Shown piece after piece: positions 58,395-64,000 of a stretch of 64,000 nt of DNA. The position numbers and the translations under genes are program-made. The DNA comes from Candidatus Obscuribacteraceae bacterium (GTDB lineage: Bacteria; Cyanobacteriota; Vampirovibrionia; Obscuribacterales; Obscuribacteraceae), in the NCBI GenBank assembly GCA_044229845.1, contig JBGASG010000003.1:1-64000 (forward strand), in the 5' to 3' direction. The notes under the pieces were generated by a model that was not told where the DNA came from, did no database searches, and saw nothing but the letters and a program-made list of their open reading frames with translations. The stretch's first letter is position 1. Every line of letters starts with the position of its first letter.

Positions 58395-58904
58395 ATGAGA
58401 TACGTTGAGGGATTACTCGTAGGTGGAGCACTTGGTTTTATCGTTGGTCTGTTGACCGCACCGAAAGCCGGCTCTGAGCTTCGTCGCGACCTGGTTGAAG
58501 GCGGAGAAGATCTCTACCATCGCGGCAGTGAAGCAGTCGAAAATATGAAACTGCGCAAGGACGAGATGATGTACGACCTGCAAAACAAGAAGCAAGAAGT
58601 ACTGAGCAACGTGCAAGACATGCGCTCACGTCTGACTGCAAAAGTCGACGACCTGAAGCATCAGGCTGAACCCCTGATTGAAAAAGGAAAAGAGCTGAAG
58701 TCTGAAGCTTTGCACAAAATCGATGAGATGAAAGCCGATGCTCAACCGCTTCTCGACAAAGGTTTCGAGAAGGGCAAAGAGGCGATCGCCAAAGCAAAGG
58801 CAAAAAGCGACGAACTTCTGAATGAGGCTGTCGAAAAAGTTTCTACCTTGCAGGAAGAAACTAATGAGAAGCTGGGCAATACCGGGACCTATGGCAACGC
58901 CTAG
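58395..58904 (+). CDS. YtxH-domain general stress protein with an LEA-like helical tail
   Basis: GLLVGGALG..VGLLTAPKAGSELR followed by a charged helical region. Confidence 0.88.
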   Translation: MRYVEGLLVGGALGFIVGLLTAPKAGSELRRDLVEGGEDLYHRGSEAVENMKLRKDEMMYDLQNKKQEVLSNVQDMRSRLTAKVDDLKHQAEPLIEKGKELKSEALHKIDEMKADAQPLLDKGFEKGKEAIAKAKAKSDELLNEAVEKVSTLQEETNEKLGNTGTYGNA

Positions 58905-58956
58905 AATCTCAGAGATAACAATCATCTGCGTTAAGCGCGGATACAGATAACCGGTC

Positions 58957-58990
58957 GAAACAGGTGCAGAAATGCGCCTGTTTCTGTTTT
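58957..58990 (+). terminator. Intrinsic terminator
   Basis: GAAACAGGTGCA-GAAA-TGCGCCTGTTTC followed by TGTTTT. Confidence 0.75.
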
Positions 58991-59020
58991 GATCTTTTAT
59001 CTAAATGTAGAGCTAGAAAC

Positions 59021-59046
59021 GGAACCATGATTTCTCCGCCTGCGTC
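59021..59046 (+). promoter_or_regulatory. Putative ECF-sigma promoter GGAAC-N17-CGTC upstream of ku
   Basis: GGAAC-catgatttctccgcctg-CGTC. Confidence 0.6.
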
Positions 59047-59099
59047 GCAACCTTAAGCTGGGACGCTGACAAGGTGCGATGGCGCACGGAAGGTGAATT

Positions 59100-60131
59100 A
59101 TGGCCCGATCTATTTGGAAAGGCATCATCAGCTTCGGACTGGTCAGCATTCCTGTGAAACTTTATTCGGCGACTGAAAGCCACGACATCTCATTTCATCA
59201 GTTGCACACCGTCTGCAAAACACGCATCAAGCAGCAGCGCTGGTGCCCGCACTGCGACCGCGTCGTCGAATACGAAGACATCGAAAAAGGATACGAATTC
59301 GCCAAAGGAGAATATGTCGCTCTCGACAAAGAAGACTTCGAAAAATTGCCTCTGCCTGCACGACATGTAGTGGCTATCCAAGCTTTCGTTGAACGCGAAG
59401 AAATCGATCCCATCTATTACGACGATAGTTATTACACTGAGCCGGAAGAAGCGGCTGTCAGGCCCTATGCATTGTTTCTGCGGGCGCTGGAAGAGAAAGG
59501 TCTGGTGGCGGTGGGCACGATTGCCTTGAGAAACAAAGAAAGCCTGTGCGCGATTCGTCCCTACGGAGAAGCGCTGATTGTCGACATGTTGCTCTACGAA
59601 GACGAAGTGCGCCTCAAGCCGGAAGAGACGAAACTTCCGAGCGTCAGGTTGAACAAGAATGAACTCGACATGGCGAAGCACTTGATCGACTTGATGAAAG
59701 CAGACTTCGACCCGGCTGAATTCCAAGATCACTATCGCGAAGCTTTGAAAAAACTGATTGAAGCGAAGTTGGAAGGTGAGGAAATCGCAGTTCCGGCCAC
59801 GCCAAAAGCGCGGGTCGTCGATCTCATGGAAGCGTTGCGAGCCAGCGTGCAGGGAGCCAAGAAGGGTCAAACGCCACAGGTCGAACTGGAAGAAACCAAA
59901 GAGGACGCAGGCCAGGCGGAAATCACCACGTCTGGCAAAGGCAAATCAAAACGCACGGCAGCCGGTACAATACGGCGCACCGCCAGCAAGAATGGACGGA
60001 GCGCAGCGCAAGCAAGCAGCTCAGAAACCGGCACGCGCCGTAAATCGCGTAGCAGCACAAAATCATCACGCACCACTGGCACCGCAGCTACTCGTGCCGC
60101 CTCCAGTCGCAGCCGAAAGAAAAGTGCCTGA
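59100..60131 (+). CDS. ku: Non-homologous end-joining protein Ku
   Basis: RSIWKGIISFGLVSIPVKLYSAT, KGYE, IDPIY, DLMEALRAS, basic C-terminal tail. Confidence 0.97.
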   Translation: MARSIWKGIISFGLVSIPVKLYSATESHDISFHQLHTVCKTRIKQQRWCPHCDRVVEYEDIEKGYEFAKGEYVALDKEDFEKLPLPARHVVAIQAFVEREEIDPIYYDDSYYTEPEEAAVRPYALFLRALEEKGLVAVGTIALRNKESLCAIRPYGEALIVDMLLYEDEVRLKPEETKLPSVRLNKNELDMAKHLIDLMKADFDPAEFQDHYREALKKLIEAKLEGEEIAVPATPKARVVDLMEALRASVQGAKKGQTPQVELEETKEDAGQAEITTSGKGKSKRTAAGTIRRTASKNGRSAAQASSSETGTRRKSRSSTKSSRTTGTAATRAASSRSRKKSA

Positions 60132-60169
60132 TCCCGACCCCCTAAGAAAACACCACAAGGAGTATGTCT

Positions 60170-60886
60170 ATGCCTGAGCAATTGCTGAATCCTGATAATG
60201 CCCTCGGTATGTTGCGTCAGGAGCACGAAAACATAAAAACGCTGTTGCTGGCTTTGCAACAGGTAGACACACCGGGAATGGAGGACCAGATTCTGGTTCC
60301 CCTGCTCGACGAGTTGAAGGCGCACTCGGCCATCGAACTTGAATTGTTCTATCCCTTCATTCGCGAATTTGCCGGTGACGAACACATTGAGGCAGCCGCC
60401 GACGAATTCGATGCAGTGGCGGACCTGGCAACAAATATGGACGAGATGCTGGTTACCGATCCCGCCTTCAAAGAAACGCTCGCCTCATTGATCCAGCACT
60501 TTGATCGCCATTCATTCGAGATGGAGCAATACCTGTTCTTGACTGTGGAGGGACCGAATTGCTCTCCCGATTGCCTGGATCAACTGGTGGCACTGGCGAA
60601 TGATATGAAAGCGCGCAATGCTGAGTTACTGCAAAAAATGGGTGGAGACTCGGTCGATGCACGTCAACGAATCGCTCAGGAGAAGGGGCGCGGAGTACAT
60701 GCGCCGCGCGATCTGCCGGTTTCTCCGCAGACTGAGGAGAAACTATTCGGCGGCAAAACCGCCGATCTAACTAAAACCGAGCTGTCGGAGCGCGAAGCTG
60801 CCGTCACACCTAACGAGTTCGATACGGCACGCGGTTACAATCCGCCGCCGCCCGGCACCGATATCAGCCCGGACGTGGGGCTCTGA
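60170..60886 (+). CDS. Hemerythrin/HHE-domain protein with degenerate metal ligands
   Basis: LRQEHENI, ELKAHSAIELELFYP, H...E.E..LF. Confidence 0.7.
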   Translation: MPEQLLNPDNALGMLRQEHENIKTLLLALQQVDTPGMEDQILVPLLDELKAHSAIELELFYPFIREFAGDEHIEAAADEFDAVADLATNMDEMLVTDPAFKETLASLIQHFDRHSFEMEQYLFLTVEGPNCSPDCLDQLVALANDMKARNAELLQKMGGDSVDARQRIAQEKGRGVHAPRDLPVSPQTEEKLFGGKTADLTKTELSEREAAVTPNEFDTARGYNPPPPGTDISPDVGL

Positions 60887-60927
60887 TGAGGGACTGAAAA
60901 CGGACTGGCAAACGGACCTGCTATATT

Positions 60928-63819
60928 ATGGCAATGCTTGAGGAATACGGGCGAAAACGAGATTTCAACATCACGCCCGAGCCTCGCGGGCAGGTTAACC
61001 ACGCATCCAGCAAGCCGCTCACGTTCGTTGTACAGAAACATGATGCGCGCCGCCTGCACTACGATTTCCGGCTGGAGATAGACGGAGTATTGGTATCGTG
61101 GGCGGTGCCGAAGGGCCCGTCCTACGATCCCAAAGAAAAGCGTCTTGCTGTTCAGACGGAAGATCATCCGATTGACTATGCGCACTTCGAAGGAATCATC
61201 CCTGAACGTCAGTACGGCGCCGGACCTGTGATCGTCTGGGATCACGGCACGTTCTCACCGGACGAGGGCGGCAAACTTTCGTGGGAAGATCGGGATCACG
61301 CGCAACAACGCATGCGCGAAGGCTTGAAGAAAGGGAAGCTAAGCTTCTTTTTGCGCGGCGAGAAACTGCAAGGCTCCTGGACGTTGGTGCGACTGGGAGG
61401 AAAAAACAGCACCAAAAAAGAATGGCTTTTGATTAAGCATCAGGACGAATTTGCCGACTCCGCACTGGACATCGTCGAACAGAACGATCGCAGCGTCGTC
61501 ACCGGACGCACTGTCGAGGAAGTGGAGGCAGCCAAAGAAGCCAAGAACCCCGTTGTGCAACCGGATAAGATCGCCGGCGCCCGCAAGGAAAGCCGATTCC
61601 CAAAAGATTATTCGCCGCAGCTGGCGACCTTAATTGACGAACCATTCAACGAATCTGAATGGATCTTCGAACCTAAGATGGACGGCATCCGCGCCATAGT
61701 CATGATCCACAAAGGAAAGGTTCAGCTTTTTTCAAGACGGGGACTCGAACTCACCGGTGCCTATCCGGAACTGGTGGCAGAGCTTCGGGCGCATGTCGAC
61801 ACCGATTTGATTTTGGACGGCGAGGTCGTCGCCCTGGATGAACAGGGGCGCCCGTCGTTCCAGTTGCTTCAGCAGCGCAGCGGACTATCTCGCACCGATG
61901 ACGTGAAAAAGGCTGGAGCCGGCAATCCGGCGCATCTGTACATTTTCGACATCATGCGCGTCGGCAACATCAACGTCGAAGGCGCGATTCTCCGCGATCG
62001 CAAGGCCCTTCTACGTCAGATAATCAAGCCCAGTCCGCACGTAAAATTGATGGAATATTTTGCCGAGGACGGCATCACCGCACATCAGGCCTTTGTCGAA
62101 TTTGGTCTGGAAGGCACCATGGCCAAACGCGTAGACAGTATCTATGCGAAGGGAAAACGAACCAGGACGTGGTTGAAAATTAAAGCAACACAGAGTGCCG
62201 AGTTTCTGATCCTCGGATACACAAAAGGAACCGGAACTCGTGGCGACACTTTTGGTGCTCTGCTGGTGGGCTATCACGATGAACAGGGACAAATCAAGTT
62301 CGCGGGCAGTGTGGGTACCGGATTCAACGATAAGCTTCTGCGTCAATTACTAACTTCGATGAAACCGCTGCAGGTTGACAAGGCTCCCTACAAAGGCAAG
62401 CGCCCGCCTGCGTCGAAACAGGCTATTTGGCTGAAACCAAATTTGGTGGCAGAGATAAAATTCGCAGAATGGACTCGCGACGGCATGCTGCGCTCGCCTG
62501 TGTTCATGAGATTGCGTGACGACATCAATCCGAGAGATGTGCAACGGACCCGAGCGGTAGAAACCGAGGAAGCGGTGGAAGCAGCAAACAGTTCCGGGTC
62601 GCATCCGCGTGTGGTACCCTCAGAGCCGAAGCCAATCAAGGCTGAGTCCCGGAGCCGCACTAGAAAAAAGCATCACATGAACCAGGACGTAATCGATCAA
62701 TTAACTGACTCGAAGTCTGAAAAACTGATCGTCGAGGTCGACGGCCACAGCATTTCGTTCTCGAGCTTGAATAAGGTATTTTGGCCAGAGACTGAAAATT
62801 CGCCCGCAATAACCAAACGCGACTACGCGATTTATCTGACAAAGGTCGCGCCTTATCTCCTCACGCACACAACTGATCGCCCTTTGACACTGCTCCGTTA
62901 CCCTAACGGCATTGCCGGCGGCAAGTTCTATCAAAAGCACATAGAACACGGCTTGCCGGACTTCGTGAATCCGGTCATGCTGTGGTCCGAACAATATCAA
63001 CTCGATCACGAATACATAACCATAAACAACCTGCCGACACTTCTGTGGCTTGCGCAAATGGCAGATTTGGAATTGCACACCTGGATGTCGCGCATCAATC
63101 CACATCCAGATGGCGAGAACCTTTCTCAAACATTCACTGGTTCTGAAGATCAACTCGAGTCATCGCTTCTCAATTATCCCGATTACCTGATTCTCGACCT
63201 GGATCCTTATATCTACAGCGGCAAAGAGAATAAAGGCGACGAACCCGAATTAAACCTCGATGCATTTAAGAAGTGCTGCGAGGTAGCCTTATGGCTCAAA
63301 GAAATTCTCGACCAGCTAAATATCAAGTCATTCGTCAAAACAACGGGCAAGACCGGATTGCACATCTACATTCCGATCGTTCGCCATTTCGATTTTGACC
63401 AGGTTAGAACCATCGCCGAGGTCATAGGCAAAGCGCTGCAACAGCACCATTCGGATGACGTGACAATGCAGTGGCAAGTTAAGAACCGAACCGGAAAAAT
63501 TTTCTACGACCATAACATGAACAGCCGCGGCAAAACCCTGGCCAGCATCTACTCAGCTCGGGTAGCTCCTGGTGCTCCAGTGTCAGTACCTGTTCAATGG
63601 ACTGAGATCGAAAACGGAAAGGTTTATCCTACTGACTACAAGATGCACACCGTTCCGGAATTCTTAGCAGGGCGCGGCGACCTGTGGGAAGACATCCTGG
63701 ACCACAAGAATGACCTTGAGGCTTTGATGGGTATCAAGCCCCGAGACACCGGCGAAAAACCTCCTCGCGTCAAGAGGACGACGCCCCGCTGGTCCAAGAA
63801 GAAAAAACCTAGCCCATGA
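60928..63819 (+). CDS. ligD: DNA ligase D (phosphoesterase-ligase-polymerase domain order)
   Basis: FVVQKHDARRLHYDFRLE (phosphoesterase), EPKMDGIR (ligase), RYPNG, DLDP and KTTGKTGLH (polymerase). Confidence 0.97.
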   Translation: MAMLEEYGRKRDFNITPEPRGQVNHASSKPLTFVVQKHDARRLHYDFRLEIDGVLVSWAVPKGPSYDPKEKRLAVQTEDHPIDYAHFEGIIPERQYGAGPVIVWDHGTFSPDEGGKLSWEDRDHAQQRMREGLKKGKLSFFLRGEKLQGSWTLVRLGGKNSTKKEWLLIKHQDEFADSALDIVEQNDRSVVTGRTVEEVEAAKEAKNPVVQPDKIAGARKESRFPKDYSPQLATLIDEPFNESEWIFEPKMDGIRAIVMIHKGKVQLFSRRGLELTGAYPELVAELRAHVDTDLILDGEVVALDEQGRPSFQLLQQRSGLSRTDDVKKAGAGNPAHLYIFDIMRVGNINVEGAILRDRKALLRQIIKPSPHVKLMEYFAEDGITAHQAFVEFGLEGTMAKRVDSIYAKGKRTRTWLKIKATQSAEFLILGYTKGTGTRGDTFGALLVGYHDEQGQIKFAGSVGTGFNDKLLRQLLTSMKPLQVDKAPYKGKRPPASKQAIWLKPNLVAEIKFAEWTRDGMLRSPVFMRLRDDINPRDVQRTRAVETEEAVEAANSSGSHPRVVPSEPKPIKAESRSRTRKKHHMNQDVIDQLTDSKSEKLIVEVDGHSISFSSLNKVFWPETENSPAITKRDYAIYLTKVAPYLLTHTTDRPLTLLRYPNGIAGGKFYQKHIEHGLPDFVNPVMLWSEQYQLDHEYITINNLPTLLWLAQMADLELHTWMSRINPHPDGENLSQTFTGSEDQLESSLLNYPDYLILDLDPYIYSGKENKGDEPELNLDAFKKCCEVALWLKEILDQLNIKSFVKTTGKTGLHIYIPIVRHFDFDQVRTIAEVIGKALQQHHSDDVTMQWQVKNRTGKIFYDHNMNSRGKTLASIYSARVAPGAPVSVPVQWTEIENGKVYPTDYKMHTVPEFLAGRGDLWEDILDHKNDLEALMGIKPRDTGEKPPRVKRTTPRWSKKKKPSP

Positions 63820-63826
63820 GCCGGGA

Positions 63827-63884
63827 CTGGAGTGATATCACTTCAGGTTGATGGGCAGGGCTGGAGTGATATCACTTCAGGTTG
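63827..63884. repeat. Two 34-bp-spaced copies of CTGGAGTGATATCACTTCAGGTTG
   Basis: Cores at 63832 and 63866, starting 8 bp after the ligD stop. Confidence 0.92.
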
Positions 63885-64000
63885 CTATAGTCCCTGAAAC
63901 TAGTAGCTCCAGGTCACCTTCGGACCCTGGAGCCATAAACTTATAAGCTGTTTGCTTCGAAGGTGATGACGGGACAGATTGAAATCGGTTCCCGAAAAAA

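Noticed and set aside
15238..62001. Cyanobacterial HIP1 (GCGATCGC) enrichment
   Set aside because: I spotted only about seven copies by eye (15238, 37469, 41151, 45229, 55156, 58782, 61994), all inside genes. That is well below typical HIP1 density and plausibly due to codon usage; a formal count was not possible.

Overview
A gene-dense, GC-rich bacterial chromosomal segment with about 55 CDSs. I see no rRNA, tRNA, CRISPR-Cas or transposase. The gene content (DUF3370, cyanobacterial-type acyltransferase, DUF4388-like and MshEN-like proteins, no photosynthesis genes) suggests a non-photosynthetic relative of Cyanobacteria such as Melainabacteria/Obscuribacterales; this is inference only. Recognisable genes: Old Yellow Enzyme, galM, galT, a broken galK, uricase, acyl-CoA ligase, GT28 glycosyltransferase, recQ, an amidase, a methyltransferase/FAD-oxidoreductase/type III PKS cluster, and a stress/DNA-repair region (Ku, LigD, a second ATP-dependent ligase with its exonuclease, YtxH, two GlsB/YeaQ/YmgE proteins, hemerythrin). 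The most striking signals are: (1) a dispersed palindromic repeat family with core GTGATATCAC, 18 copies at 7 loci, always just downstream of a gene and mostly spaced 34-35 bp, including a 6 x 34-bp tandem array; (2) a shared ECF-sigma-like promoter G(G/A)AAC-N16/17-CGTC upstream of 7-8 genes, linking Ku and general stress genes to small orphan secreted proteins; (3) a VIT-domain membrane protein ending in a pilin-like two-helix tail that may be a new sorting module; (4) a divergent stand-alone RelA/SpoT-type synthetase; (5) a HerA-like ATPase that appears to need a non-canonical ATT start. All family assignments come from reading motifs by eye; no database searches were run.
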